Shown here: in pieces, positions 12,735 through 27,395 of the stretch
Layout: each line of letters begins with the position of its first letter
How positions within the stretch are numbered: the stretch's first letter is position 1
NCBI GenBank assembly: GCA_951406725.2
Contig: OX597833.1
Span: forward strand, 46,128,001-46,192,000
Length of the DNA stretch: 64,000 nt
DNA from: Octopus vulgaris
Taxonomy: Eukaryota
Reading direction: 5' to 3'
Notes under the pieces: generated by a model
Database searches by the model: none
What the model was told of the DNA's origin: nothing
What the model saw: the letters and a program-made list of their open reading frames with translations, nothing else
Program-made: the position numbers and the translations under genes

Positions 12735-13345
12735 AAGACGTCACAAAACGTAAGCAACAAAAAATACGAAGTACGAGGACATGGAATATGAACATTTTTT
12801 GCGAACAACGAAAGAAACAAATGGAAAACAAGAGAAACAACACAAAGAACGACCCTTCATTAGTCGTCGGCTGTTTTTCTAATCCGTGTTTCGGGCAATT
12901 CACAACAAGATACGTCTTCGATAAAACAGTTGCTCCTGCAAAGTAAATTAAATAAAATTTGGGATTTTGCGGAAGGTCAAAATTGGTGACAAAAACAGAA
13001 CAGTGAAAACAAACAGGAAGGGCTGCTAAGCCTAAACGAGGTTGCGGTGGTGAACACGAAGAAACAAGCTTGAAGATGAGACAGATAAGAATACGTCTTC
13101 CTTGACCAGCTGCAACAGGAAGAAAGAAAGAAACACAAGTTAGGAGAAGAAAGAAAAATGGCCGATGGTCACGTGGGAGCTATGTGAGCAAAGAAGGAAG
13201 AGTGAGGGACAGAGAGTGACAGATAGAGAACTGTGAAGGTGAGAGGAAAAGATTTTGAGGTAGAATAAGAGAGAAAAAAAGAGAGGGAAAAGAGGAGGTA
13301 AAAGAATAAGAGAAAGGAAGAAAGAAAACGAACAAACACACACAC
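12735..13345 (-). mobile_element. (TA)n-flanked non-coding element related to 45357-45680 and 18675-18805
   Basis: Shares CCTGCAAAGTAAATTAAATAAAATTTGGGATTTT with ~45564-45597; GCCGA..ACTAATGA motif shared with ~18684. Confidence 0.55.
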
Positions 13346-13347
13346 AC

Positions 13348-13435
<88 letters not shown>

Positions 13436-13987
13436 GACGGCCTTCTTTCCGTTTCCGTCTACCGAATCCACTCACAAGGCTTTTGTATGTATGTATGTAT
13501 GTATGTATGTATGTATGTATGTATGTATGTATGTACGTATGTAGCACCTATGTATGACTGGACCCAAAAACCATGTAGTTGGGAAGCATGCCTTTTTCAC
13601 CTATAGCATCAATACAACATCAAAGAAAGCACAAACTGGACATTAATTGAGAATTCAGTCCACATACTTCCTTAATAACTCTTCTTTAATTCTGACTTCC
13701 TAAGCTCGGCTCGCTCATACACTAAAGATTATTTAAACCCCTACTAAAACACTAGCAGCTAAGATTAACTTTCGGAGCTTTCTTTTCAAGTTCGTATAAA
13801 TCCCTTGCGAGTTGACACTGACTGGTAACTAGTATTGATTGCTTCTAGGCAACCACTGTTATGCCACCGTTTCTGCCATCATCTCCTACTCTAAGACCTA
13901 AGTCAACTATGTGCTATTAATTTTGGCACAAAGTCAAACTATATGTGTGTGTATGTATATATATATATGTATGTATGTGTGTGTGAG

Positions 13988-14036
<49 letters not shown>

Positions 14037-14339
14037 ATGTATGTATGTATGTATGTATGTATGTATGTATGTATGTATGTATGCATGCATGCATGTATGT
14101 ATGTATGTATGTATGTATGTATGTATGTATGTATGTATGTATAGCGAAGGCGTATGGACCAGTGGTTAGGATTTTGGACTCTAAACGAGGGGATAATAGA
14201 AGTTCAACTTGTCCAAGGTGCCATGTAATGCGGGACTGAACCCGGAACTATGTGGTAAGCAAGCTACTTACCACACAACCACGCCTGCGCCTATGTATGT
14301 ATGTATGTATGTATGTATATATGTATGTATGTATGTATG

Positions 14340-14374
<35 letters not shown>

Positions 14375-15178
14375 TTATATCTTTCTTTATCCCTTCTTGT
14401 TTCTCTTCAATAATCCATATTGACGGTTGGATTTCCGAATCTTATATTTGTTTTATATATGCCATTGTATGATGCCTGTTTTAGCCACGGGGCGCTGTTT
14501 CAATCCCACTTCAGCTACACCCACCCCTGTCACTAACCCCACTAAAACCATTACTGACTGGCACACTGTTTGTTTGTTTGTTTGTTTGTTTGTTTGTTTG
14601 TTCGTTTGTTTTTCTCCCCTTCCCCACTTGTCCCTTCTCCGTTGATCAGGCAACTGATATAGCCTCGGCTCTGTTTATTTTTGTACATAACTGGTTAAGA
14701 ATAGAGATAAGGTGAAAGAAGAAACTTTGATGATGGAAGTAACAGTGAATGAACTGTTAGCGATTAGATAAATGTAGTGGATTGGCAGAATCACGAGCGA
14801 GCATCGGTGAAAATGCCTTCCGGTATTTAGCAATGTACCTTTAAGTTCTGAGTTCAAATCACGCCGATGACAACTTTGCTTGTTTTTTTTTCTTTTTCTT
14901 CTTCTTTCAAATAAAAAAGAGTAACAGTCATTTACCAGGATAGATGTCATCAACTGTATCTCCTTCCTCAAATTTCAGGTCTTGCGTCTATGTAAGAAAT
15001 CGACATTAATGAATCGATAAGCGGTTTATTCTTTTTTTATTTTTAGTGTGTATGTATGTATGTATGTATGTATGTATGTATGTATGTATGTATGTATGTA
15101 TGTATGTATGTATGTATGTATGTATGTATGTATGTATGTTAGAACACTGGCTGAAATGCTTGGCAGTATTTATCGATA

Positions 15179-15369
15179 GGCGTAGGAGTGGCTATGTGGT
15201 AAGTAGCTTGCTTACGAACAACATGGTTCCGGGTTCAGTCCCACTGAGTGGCACCTTGGGTAAATGTCTTCTACTAGAGCCTCGAGCCGACCAAAGCTTT
15301 CTGAGTGGATTTGGTAGATGGAAACTGAAAGAAGCCCGTCGTTTGTCTGTCTGTCTGTCTGTATGTATG

Positions 15370-15417
<48 letters not shown>

Positions 15418-15592
15418 TATATAGAAGGAGCTTCTACAGGACTAGTACTGTTTCATTCAAGAGAAAGAAGATTTCTCTTGAATGAAACAGTACTAGTCCT
15501 GTAGAAGCTCCTTCTATATAATAAATTAATTTTACTCTGCTATGTATTGAGTACCTTACTTACTGTGGTTAACCCCGAATCAACCCGGGACC

Positions 15593-15658
<66 letters not shown>

Positions 15659-15876
15659 TATATGTGTATGTGTGTGTGTGTGTGTGTATTTGTCCCCCAA
15701 CATCGCTTGACAGCCGATCCTGGTGTGTTTACGTCCCCGTAACTTAGCGGTTCGGCAAAAGATATCGATAGAATAAGTACTAGGCTTCCAAAGAATAAGT
15801 CCTGGGGTCGATTTGCTCGACTAAAGACGGTGCTCCAGTATGGCCGCAGTCAAATGACTGAACCAAGTAAAAGAGT
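15179..15876 (+). mobile_element. SINE A carrying a fold-back insert in its internal (TA)n
   Basis: SINE A head and tail intact, with a foreign 15412-15595 segment inside the microsatellite. Confidence 0.85.
15412..15526. repeat. Perfect hairpin, 55-bp arms and 5-nt loop
   Basis: 15412-15466 is the exact reverse complement of 15472-15526; loop GAAGA. Confidence 0.95.
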
Positions 15877-16869
15877 ATGTATGTATGTATGTAAGTATGT
15901 AGGTATTTTACAACTAATTGAATTTTCGTGGGGATTCTTGCATGCTGTTTATAGTCACTACACTTTTGATAGGTATCTGAGACGCAATTTTAATCAAACA
16001 ACTATGACTAACTTTCACGAATTTTTATTAAAAACTTTGTCATCTCTGTGATTAGTGTGCATACGCAAGCATATGCATATAAAAATTTATATATGTGAAC
16101 GTAGGGCTGTGTAAATACAAGGACACACACATTTGAAATGCAAAATTCTATTATTAAAGTTCGAAATGTCTTTATCAAGTAGCATACAATGTAGAAACTT
16201 TTTTTTTTACTATGTAAGCAACATAGTTTCTAATCATAATTGAGAAAAAATATTTCGCCTTTCACACCTACAGCCAATGGCCTCGACCGTTAGGAACATA
16301 TGAAGCTTAACCAACGACCTATCATATTCTCGTGGGCAAACCTGAGTCATCGTAACTTGTTTGTAAATTCTTGTAACTTCGTTTTTTTTTCTCTACAATT
16401 TATTTATTTATTTTTTTTTTTGTGTTTGGTACATTCTCATCGACCCCTGGAATTATGAAAGACAAAGTTGACCACGATGGGATTTGATGTCAGACCTGAA
16501 AGATTTTGAAGCAATTCGGAATCTGTCTATTCGGCAGCATAAGAAAACGATACCATCCGACGAACGGTTTCTACTAGAAACGTTAGACATACAGTTTTCG
16601 AACTTTTTCGCTCCATGTCACTTCGAATAAGGGGCTAAAAATGTTGTGGATTCCCATTAGATTACTTTCACCTTTAAAATGTGTTATTCTGCAAAAACGA
16701 AAAAAAAAAATAAATAAAAACAGAAGACAATATTAAAATCGTTTTAAAATAGAAATCAGTGTACACGTTGTATCATATCTCTTGTTGTGCCCAATCCTTC
16801 CACAACAGTACTTCATTCCAAGATCGTCAATCATTTAGTATTGACTTACAAAGATTCAAAAGAAATATT

Positions 16870-17073
16870 GGTTTCAAATTTTGGCACAAGACCAGCAATT
16901 TCAGGGAAAGGGTAAGTCGATTACATCGACTCCTCAGGTGCTTATTTAATCGATCTCGAAAGGATGAAAGCTAAAGTTGACCTCGGCGGAATTCGAACTC
17001 AGAGCGCAAAATCCGACGAAATGTTGCTAAGCATTTTGTCCAGTCTGCTAACGATTCTGCCAACTCGCTGCCT
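16870..17073 (-). mobile_element. SINE B monomer
   Basis: Tail-1, core and head. Confidence 0.8.
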
Positions 17074-17449
17074 CAGATTCCAAAGAAATATCAACAGCAC
17101 CAGTTACACCAGTCTAGGAGAGTCTGGAAGGGCAATGGGCGCAGCACATTCCATCAGACGCACCAAATAAAGGAAATCGCCGCTCGTTTTCCAAATAAAC
17201 CATTCTAAGTTTCTTCCCAAGCCGTATAGGTTACCCATTATAACTTAGACAGATTGTGTAGTCAACCACTGCATTATAATTTCATTCCATCTCTTCACAA
17301 TTTATATACTCATATATAAATGGTTCTACTATTTATCTATCTTTAATTTTCGCCTCGCCTTTTCTACGAAAAATGTTTCATTGGTGGAGGAAATGACTGT
17401 GAAATATCTAAGAACCGTCACTACATACAAGGTCTATATTGTCCTTAAG

Positions 17450-17931
17450 ATGATGACGACGATAATGATGGTGGTGGTGGTGGTGGTGGTGGTGGTGGTG
17501 GTGGTGGTGGTGGTGGTGGTAATGATGTATGAGGCTAACGGTAATGAGTAAATACTGGTTGTGGTGGTGGTGGTGGTGGTGCTTCTGCCAGCAGTGCTGG
17601 TGTTAGCGGTGTTAGTAGTGGTGGTGGTGTGGTAGTGTAGTAGTGCTGGTAGTGGTAGTGGTGGAGGTGGTAGTGGTGGTACTGATAGGATGGTGATGGC
17701 GAGGCTACCAGTAATGATGGTGGGGGTAGATGCTGATTGTTGTGGTTGTGGTTGTGGTTGTGGTTGTGGTCGTGGTTGTGGTTGTGGTTATGGTGGTGTC
17801 CATGGGGTGATGATGATGATGACGGCGGCGGCGGCGGCGGTGTGGTGGTATCGTTGTAGCGATGATGATATTAACGAAGCCGACTAGAAGAGTAGCTGTC
17901 GACCTGCAGCAACAACAACAAAACAACAACA

Positions 17932-17975
<44 letters not shown>

Positions 17976-18013
17976 TACGAGTACTATTGCTACTGTTGCT
18001 GCTGTGGCTGCTG

Positions 18014-18049
<36 letters not shown>

Positions 18050-18142
18050 AAACTGCTACTACTACTAAAACTGCTACTGCTGTTGTTGCTGCTGTTGCTG
18101 TGGCTACTACAATACTGCTACTGCTGCTACTACCATCGTTAG

Positions 18143-18174
<32 letters not shown>

Positions 18175-18192
18175 GTTGTTGTTGTTGTTGCT
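17450..18192. repeat. Compound trinucleotide repeats (GGT, GAT, TAC, TAT, GTT)
   Basis: Direct reading. Confidence 0.9.
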
Positions 18193-18366
18193 TTTTCTGG
18201 TGCCTCAGGCAGGACAGATCAAAACAGCAGTGAATTCTTCAAGGAATAAAGCCGCGTTTCTTCGAAATAAGCAGTGTTGGAGCGCCAAAGACCGCGATTG
18301 GTACATACAATATATACATATATTTATATGCACATACATGTATATATATATATATATAGAGTGTAT

Positions 18367-18403
<37 letters not shown>

Positions 18404-18426
18404 TGTGTGTATATATATATATAGTG

Positions 18427-18508
<82 letters not shown>

Positions 18509-18618
18509 TATATACATATATGTATATGCATATATACACATATATATTTATAATATATATGTAGCATGTATTTATATGTAATGTCCACATATATGTGTAT
18601 GTATCTCTCTCTCTCTCC

Positions 18619-18662
<44 letters not shown>

Positions 18663-19248
18663 TACATGCATATAGACCCTCTGGCCGATAACTAATGAGG
18701 ATTTGGTAACCTTTTGTGTCTGTTTCCTGTTTGTACATTTATTATAGATTTTTAACTTATTTAACGGAACGCTACGTAGTTATTTTGTTCACAAATACGA
18801 ATTATATATATGGAATGAGTGAGAAAGAGGAAAACAGTAACGAGCCAAGAGATGTAACTGAGATTGACCAGTAATTTGAATTAACAATGATAAGGAAAGT
18901 TATATTAAATACGATATACGATAAAGCTTTGATTTATTGATATTATCTTCGCTTTGAGAGAAAGTAAGCAAACCTCTTTCTAGCGGCAATTGTAACCGAC
19001 TTTGAATTAGAAAGGGAGATAATAACAAAGCATCAACAATACCCTGCAATTAATATGCTGTTAATGAAAAGAAACTCTGAAATATTTGGAGTACGTGTTT
19101 CTACTTCAATGAGCGTCGTCAGCACTTGCGTTCACCTACCTGGACACTAGCCAGACGTTTGTACCGATGTGTCTGAGTGTGTCTTTTATGTTCCATCTCC
19201 TGATGCTCCATGGAATCCCTGGGCGTGTGTATGTGTATGTGTGTGTAT

Positions 19249-19289
<41 letters not shown>

Positions 19290-20272
19290 ACTCCCGTCTG
19301 TAGCTGTGACATTCATGTTTACACATATATACCTGTTCATAACCCCCACTATACACTCATTCACGCACATACACACCATGTATGTACACATACACTCATA
19401 TACATAGATATATATATATACATACATACACGCATACACACATACATACACACATATATATAACACATGCATATATCACACATACAAGGATACCTACCTG
19501 CAAATGTGCGCTTGTGTATGTATGTATTCGTGTGTGTGTGTGTCCTTAAGTGTACTTGCTACCATATCATCCAATGAATATTCTACGTAACCTTTAACAT
19601 CAATTACAAAACCTACATGCTTAACCGAGTCAGATGCATCAGCTGCCAACATGGTATTTATGCTTTGAGCGAATTTGAGGTGGAACAGAGTTTTGCACGG
19701 AATAATAATGATATAAAAATAATTATTTCATTATTAGCCACAACGACCTAAGTTTATAATGCAAAATATGTCAAAGAAAGGCTACAAAATATGAAGACGT
19801 ACATGCATGCATACATAAATATGTGTGTGTTTGTGTGTGAGTATTGTAAACGGAAAGGTGGGAGCAAAAATGTAATTCTATGTGTTAAAGTAGGTTAAAA
19901 ACCTTTGTGATATGAACATTGTAATATGAATATAATCCACCCCAACAATGTAAGAAGCCACCGCCCAAACTGAATCAGAGTACCTGTGACCATGACTTCA
20001 TTCTCCTTCGGTTTTAGGAAATCTTTATCGTCTCACCGAAATCTGGGTCGTACGAATTCAAATGGCAACATCAGTAGCTCTGGCCAAACCGTGAAAAGTC
20101 CCACATCTTCAAAAAAAAAACGAAAAAACCGTTTTTTAGTTCTAGATGTTTTGTTTGATTTTTTTCTCCAAATTGTTTCCGCCAAACCGTTTTGTGGTTC
20201 TTTGTATTTGTCCTGAAATATCTTCATCAACCAGCACAGTATTTTTTATTTCAGTTTCTTTACCAGATTATA

Positions 20273-20660
20273 GGTGCAGGAGTGGCTGTGTGGTAAGTAG
20301 CTTGCTAAACAACCACATGGTTCCGGGTTCAGTCCCACTGCGTGGCATCTTGGGCAAGTGTCTTCTGCTATAGCCCCGGGCCGACCAATGCCTTGTGAGT
20401 GGATTTGGTAGACGGAAACTGAAAGAAGCCTGTCGTATATATATATATATATGTGTGTTTGTGTGTCTGTGTTTGTCCCCCTAGCATTGCTTGACAACCG
20501 ATGCTGGTGTGTTTACGTCCCCGTCACTTAGCGGTTCGGCAAAAGAGACTGATAGAATAAGTACTGGGCTTACAAAGAATAAGTCCCGGGGTCGATTTGC
20601 TCGACTAAAGGTGGTGCTCCAGCATGGCCGCAGTCAAATGACTGAAACAAGTAAAAGAAT
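20273..20660 (+). mobile_element. SINE A, full length
   Basis: Matches the family along its whole length. Confidence 0.9.
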
Positions 20661-21639
20661 AAAAGAAAAAAAAAAGATTCATATTTCACTCACTCTTCTT
20701 TCAGACAGATGAGGACTGCATACACTCCAGGAGCATTAGCGAACCTTCGTAAGCAACTTCCATTATCTTATTTGTCTTTAACGTGGACTCATTTTTGTTT
20801 TGTCACTTCACTTCTTAATTCCTTCCATAGCGTTTTCCCCATTTTCTTTGTAATTTCTCACATCCCTGCATGGCCGTGTATTGAAAATTCTCCCGCCAAC
20901 GTTACCCACTTCATTTGAAAGGAAGAAAATCATTGATTCCTTGAATTCAAAAGGTTTATTGAATCTATTTTAAGGAATCTATTCACACGTCCATTACATT
21001 TGACAGATGCAGTGTCGCTAGAAGAAAAATTTCTGTTGTAACAAGGAACACGTGTTTTTTTTTTTATAACTTATGTTTAATGAAACCTCACTAAACTCAA
21101 GAATTTCATTTTTACCCTACTTGGGGTAATTTAACCCGGTTCGTCGACCCCTGGTTTAGAGTCTCTGACTGGTTCTGTGTGGATGAGAGAAGCAATCGAT
21201 AGCTTGGTAACCTACCCCGTCGGCTACTTGAATTGATATTACTGAGGATGGGGCAATCATTCTCTGCCTCTGTGAATGCTATGGCCGAGGTTGGAACAGC
21301 GACACAGTGGTCCCGTGGGAACAGCTACAGCAGTAGCAGCCATCCACTTTCTGCCCATCTTTCGACAAATTTAATCTAACAAAGGCACAATGCCACAGCT
21401 TTGCAGACGAGGGTGCAATAGATTATGTAATCCGGAGTATTTGACAGGTATTTTATTTTATCAACCTCTGAAGGATGAATGACAAAATCTACATCGATGA
21501 AATTTGAAAACAGAAGAAAAAGTATCGTAACTAAATACCGTTAAGATTTTGCTCACCGTTCTGTATGTATGTATGTATGTATGTATGTATGTATGTATGT
21601 ATGTATGTATGTATGTATGTATGTATGTATGCATGCATG

Positions 21640-22170
<531 letters not shown>

Positions 22171-22207
22171 AGAAAAAAGAGAAGAAACTGATTATGTACA
22201 TAAGTAA

Positions 22208-22263
<56 letters not shown>

Positions 22264-23081
22264 CTGATATTTATGTAAGTGTGACTAAGTGAATGTCAAT
22301 GAAAATTATGAACAAATTAATTAATTAGCACTGTGAACACTGCTCTTTAGTTTTTAGGGCGTGGCCTACAAACCGAGTGATTTACGGTTCGTGCTGCGTC
22401 ACAGGTGATTTTGCGGTTTTCAAGTCCATTAAAAATGGTTCTTAATTAAGATGTCAATTTAGTGGTATTACTCCTTTATGACATTTAATGACAATGATAA
22501 TAATGAAGTAACATATAGTAGTTTGAGCACTCCTGGCAGTCTTTATAGTATTGTAAACCAAAATAAAAATAACTGTAATGGCAATGATATTTATATGAGT
22601 AGCGAACAGCCGTGCCCAGATTTGGATGAGTTTATGAGTGCCGAAAATATAAACATGATCATATAAACTTTGTATATTCTTTCAATTAATTGTTTCAGTC
22701 ATTGGACTGCGGCCATGCTAGAGCATCGCCTTGAACGGTTAAGACGAATAAATCAACGACGGGACTTTTTTTTCTAAAATTATGATACTTATTCTATGAA
22801 TCGTTTTTTTTTGTTTGGTGTGTGTGTGTGTGTGTGTGGAGGGGGTACCGAACCGATTTATTGCAGGGAAAAGCAACGGCGATTGTCAAGCAATGGCAGG
22901 AAGGCAAGCTTAGGCATAAATACACATACACACACATTCTATCGGCTTCTTATGTTGAACCGATACATTACGAGGACGTAAACAAACCAACACTAACTGT
23001 CAAGCAGTGGAGTGACACACTCACATACATGCACAAACGTCTACTCCTACACGGTATATATACCACTTTTTATCTTCAATA

Positions 23082-23520
23082 TATTTCTTTATTGCCCTCA
23101 GGGGGCTAAACATAGAGGGAACAAACAAGGACAGACAAACGGATTAAATCGATTACATCGACCCCACTGCGTAACTGGTACATATTTAATCGACCCCGAA
23201 AGGATGAAAGGTAAAGTCGACCTCGGTGGAATTTGAACTCAGAACGTAACAGCAGACGAAATATTTATGTCTTTACTACCCACAAGGGGCTAAACACAGA
23301 GAGGACAAACAAGGACAGACAAAGGGATTAAGTCGATTATATCGACCCCAGTGCGTAACTGGTACGTAATTTATCGACCCCGAAAGGATGAAAGACAAAG
23401 TCGACCTCGGGGGAAATTGAACTCAGAACGTAACTTCAGTGGTATACTATTCATCAACACCGAGAGGACGAAAGGCAAAGTCGACGTGTAAGGGTTTAGA
23501 ACCTAGAGCGAAGAGAGCAA
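23082..23520 (-). mobile_element. SINE B multimer ending in tail-2
   Basis: Two tail-2 units plus a decayed third core. Confidence 0.85.
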
Positions 23521-23589
23521 GAACGAACACGGCAATGTAATTTAGCAGACGTTTACAGACAAGAAAAATTAAGTTACCATCATAGAGGT

Positions 23590-24148
23590 CAGCTGTCCGG
23601 CTGGCGAAATCTTTTTTTTTTGCCCACGTGAGTTCCGGACTCCAGTAATGGACTCATTTGCATACAGCCAATCAGAACTCACCTCGGCCGTGTTCTCAAG
23701 TTAACAAACACACTGACGAAGAACGGTGTTGTAAGTCGATCGATCGCCAGGTTAGGTCTGATTTTAGGAGACAAGTAATTAGATAGATTTGCGTCTATAC
23801 TTATTATTGGATTTTGTTAAGGCCCCATATGGTAAAGATGTGGATGGGAAAACTGTGGATAGAGGGTGATGATCTAGTAACCACCTCCCCTTACTATTAT
23901 ACAAAGTAAGCAACAGCATAACTACGCAGAGGCAGCCCATGGTGGAAAGAAGAACAAGAACAACAGGTATTATTAAAAGAGAAAAGAAGAATGGTCATTC
24001 CTTACCCAAGTGACCTTATCTTATTGCCCATCACTTGTTATGAGCTCATAAATTATTTTGATAGTTGAGCTCTGATTGGCTGTATGCAAATGAATTCATA
24101 ACTGGGATCTGGAACTCTCGTAGGGAAAAAAATTTCGCATCTGGCTGG
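23590..24148. mobile_element. MITE-like element with ~75-bp imperfect terminal inverted repeats
   Basis: 23604-23680 vs 24066-24138 inverted, sharing CATTTGCATACAGCCAATCAGA. Confidence 0.65.
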
Positions 24149-24305
24149 TGTGAATATTTTTTTTCCAAAATCAAAGAGAAAACGGAAAACTAGGAACAAC
24201 TGTTTCGAGACTTCCGGCTTCCATACCAATGTTATAAATTCCCATTTCTACCAATAATAGTTCATATTTATACCAATAGTAACTGGTGCACTTGGTTTTG
24301 TGAGT

Positions 24306-24587
24306 TAACAGAAACAACTTCATATTTTAAACTTGAGAAAAGTATTACATATTTTAAACGTTCTGATTACAGATTACATCTGTAATGTGTTTAGTTTCTT
24401 TTTCTTAAAATCCCAGCTTATCAAAATTGTCGTTTAGGTTTTGTGAGTAAAATACCTAAACGACAATTTTGATAAGCTGGGATTTTAAGAAAATGAAACC
24501 ACACACGTTATAGATGCAATCTGTAAGCAGAACAGTTAAAATATGTAATACTTTTCTCAAGTTTAAAATGTGAAGTTGTTTCTGTTA
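24306..24587. repeat. Long imperfect palindrome (~134-bp arms, ~14-nt loop)
   Basis: Inner arm TTTTCTTAAAATCCCAGCTTATCAAAATTGTCGTTTAGGT is perfectly mirrored; scattered mismatches further out. Confidence 0.9.
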
Positions 24588-24761
24588 TCCACATGTCAAT
24601 GATGGAGTGGGGTATATCTTTGTTAGAAGCCAGCTCCTTCCAGAAAAGAAGATTTCAAATAATTAAAAATAGAAGAGAACATCATACACTTTAAGACACA
24701 TTAACACACATTAAAAAAGAAAAAAAATGTGTGTGTATGTGCGTGTGTATGTGTGCGTGCG

Positions 24762-24793
<32 letters not shown>

Positions 24794-24973
24794 TGTATGT
24801 ATGTATGTATGTATGTATGTATAAATCTATGTATAAATCTATGTTTGTGTGTGTATGTATGTAGCCCGATCTATATTTGTAAAACGTATATATTGTTACG
24901 AAGGTATATGCATACGTATATGTAAGATACAGATATATATATATATACACGTGTGTATGAGTTAACGTAAGTC

Positions 24974-25007
<34 letters not shown>

Positions 25008-25039
25008 TGTATGTATGTATGTATGTATGTATGTATGTA

Positions 25040-25074
<35 letters not shown>

Positions 25075-25112
25075 GTGTGTATGTATGTATGTATGTATGT
25101 ATGTATGTATGT

Positions 25113-25152
<40 letters not shown>

Positions 25153-25329
25153 ATGTATGTATGCATGTATGTATGTATGTATGTATGTATGTATGTATGT
25201 ATGTATGTATGTATGCATGTGTCAGAATATGCTTGGCATCTGTTCTCGCTCCTTATCAAACAATGTGACCAGACGATTTCAAGGTTATTTCACAAACCAA
25301 AGATAGGAGAGAGGGATTAATAAGCTATG

Positions 25330-25835
25330 GCAGTTATGGATGATGATCATGATGATGATGACGTCGACGGCGACGACGATGACGATGACGATGATGAGGA
25401 TGATGATGTGCTGTTTGGTGGTGGAGGTGGTGGCGGTGGTGGCGGCAGAAGTTATGTTCATGTTGCCGCTGTTGTTGTTGTTGGTGGTGGTAGATGTTGT
25501 TTATGGTGGTGATGACAGTGGTGGTGGTGGTGCTGCTGCTGCTGGTGGTGGTGGTGGTACTGGTGCTGCTGGTGCTGGTGCTACTGGTGCTGGTGGTGGT
25601 GGTGCTGGTGCTGGTAATGACAATGACGACGGCGATGATGATGATGATGATGATCATCATCATCATGTTCAATCATGATCATCATGATAATGATGACGAT
25701 GATGGTTATTATGCTTACCTTCATGATCATCATCATCACCACCACCACCATCATCACCACAACCACCATCATCACCACAACCACCATCATCACCACCACC
25801 ACCACCATCACCACCACCAACAACAACAACATGAT
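25330..25835. repeat. Compound trinucleotide repeats (GAT/GGT/GCT/CAC)
   Basis: Direct reading. Confidence 0.9.
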
Positions 25836-26026
25836 GCTCATGAAGTGAGGAAAAACCCAGATCGTCGACCCGAGCCTCACCTCCTCCCACACAATGCACA
25901 TATCTCAGCTAAATCTGTTGGCACGAGACAAAGCATCAAAGAAGGAAGGAAAATCTCTTTGGCCTTTAAATTAAATCCTTTCTCAACCAGCCGTAAGCCT
26001 CTTCTTGCTCGGCCTAAATCCAACTC

Positions 26027-26090
<64 letters not shown>

Positions 26091-26209
26091 ACATTAAATA
26101 TCTACTCGCAAATATACATATACACGCATTATATATATATATATCAGCATACGCAGATATATGTATGTATACACATACACATATATATCAAAGCATACAC
26201 ACACACATA

Positions 26210-26271
<62 letters not shown>

Positions 26272-26272
26272 A

Positions 26273-26315
<43 letters not shown>

Positions 26316-26319
26316 TTCA

Positions 26320-26366
<47 letters not shown>

Positions 26367-26942
26367 GTATACATATACGTTCATGTATAAATATATGATT
26401 GTATGTGGGAAGGTGTATATGTATGTGTGTGTATATGTAAGTATAGACATGTCTGTTAAGATATATATATGTACACGCTTACACACACACACACACACAC
26501 GCACACACATACACACACACACATAAACAAGTATAAATAGTAGCTCTTTCGGTTGTATATTTAATTTGATGTGTATGTGTGTATATGTACACACGTACAT
26601 ATATACGCATACACACTGAAAACAGCTTCTTTTATCACTAATGGTGCCTTTTAAATTACAATAACACAATAACATTGACCGTGATAATAATAAGCGGCTT
26701 TCATAAGCATATATGTATGTTGTCGTTTAACCCGGCGTCAACCCAGATCGATTGTATGCATAATGCTTAATGACAGGCTTTCCAACCGAGGCCATCCCGT
26801 CTATTTTTTCCTGTGCAGGAAACTAGGACCACAAAATCTACTGTATTCTTGTTTTCTGAGAAGATAGAGTTTGATTCAGCAGGCATTTGTTTGCTATTTC
26901 TGGCAGGTCGAGCAACCAGGTGTAATCTCCCTCGTAAGGAAG

Positions 26943-26998
<56 letters not shown>

Positions 26999-27034
26999 TG
27001 CACGAACACGCAAATACACGCATATTCTTTTCTT

Positions 27035-27243
27035 TTCTACTCTAGGCACAAGGCCTGATATTTGTGGGAGGGGAATAGTCGATTTCATCGACCGCAGTGC
27101 GTAACTGGTACTTATTTAATCGACCCCAAAAGGATGAAAGGCAAAGTTGACCACGGCGGAATTTGAACTCCGAACGTAGCGACGGGCGAAATACCGCCAA
27201 GCATTTCGCCCAGCGTACTAACGATTCTGCCAGCTCACAGCCT
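27035..27243 (-). mobile_element. SINE B monomer
   Basis: Tail, core and head. Confidence 0.85.
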
Positions 27244-27269
27244 TCGCAAACACACACATTACATATGTA

Positions 27270-27319
<50 letters not shown>

Positions 27320-27339
27320 TGTGTGTGCGTGAGTGAGTT

Positions 27340-27395
<56 letters not shown>

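Noticed and set aside
25881-25914. Minus-strand micro-exon ([11 protein letters not shown]), plus similar candidates at ~19140-19222 and ~51037-51134
   Set aside because: Splice-like borders but no coherent chain or homology; overlaps a competing plus-strand candidate
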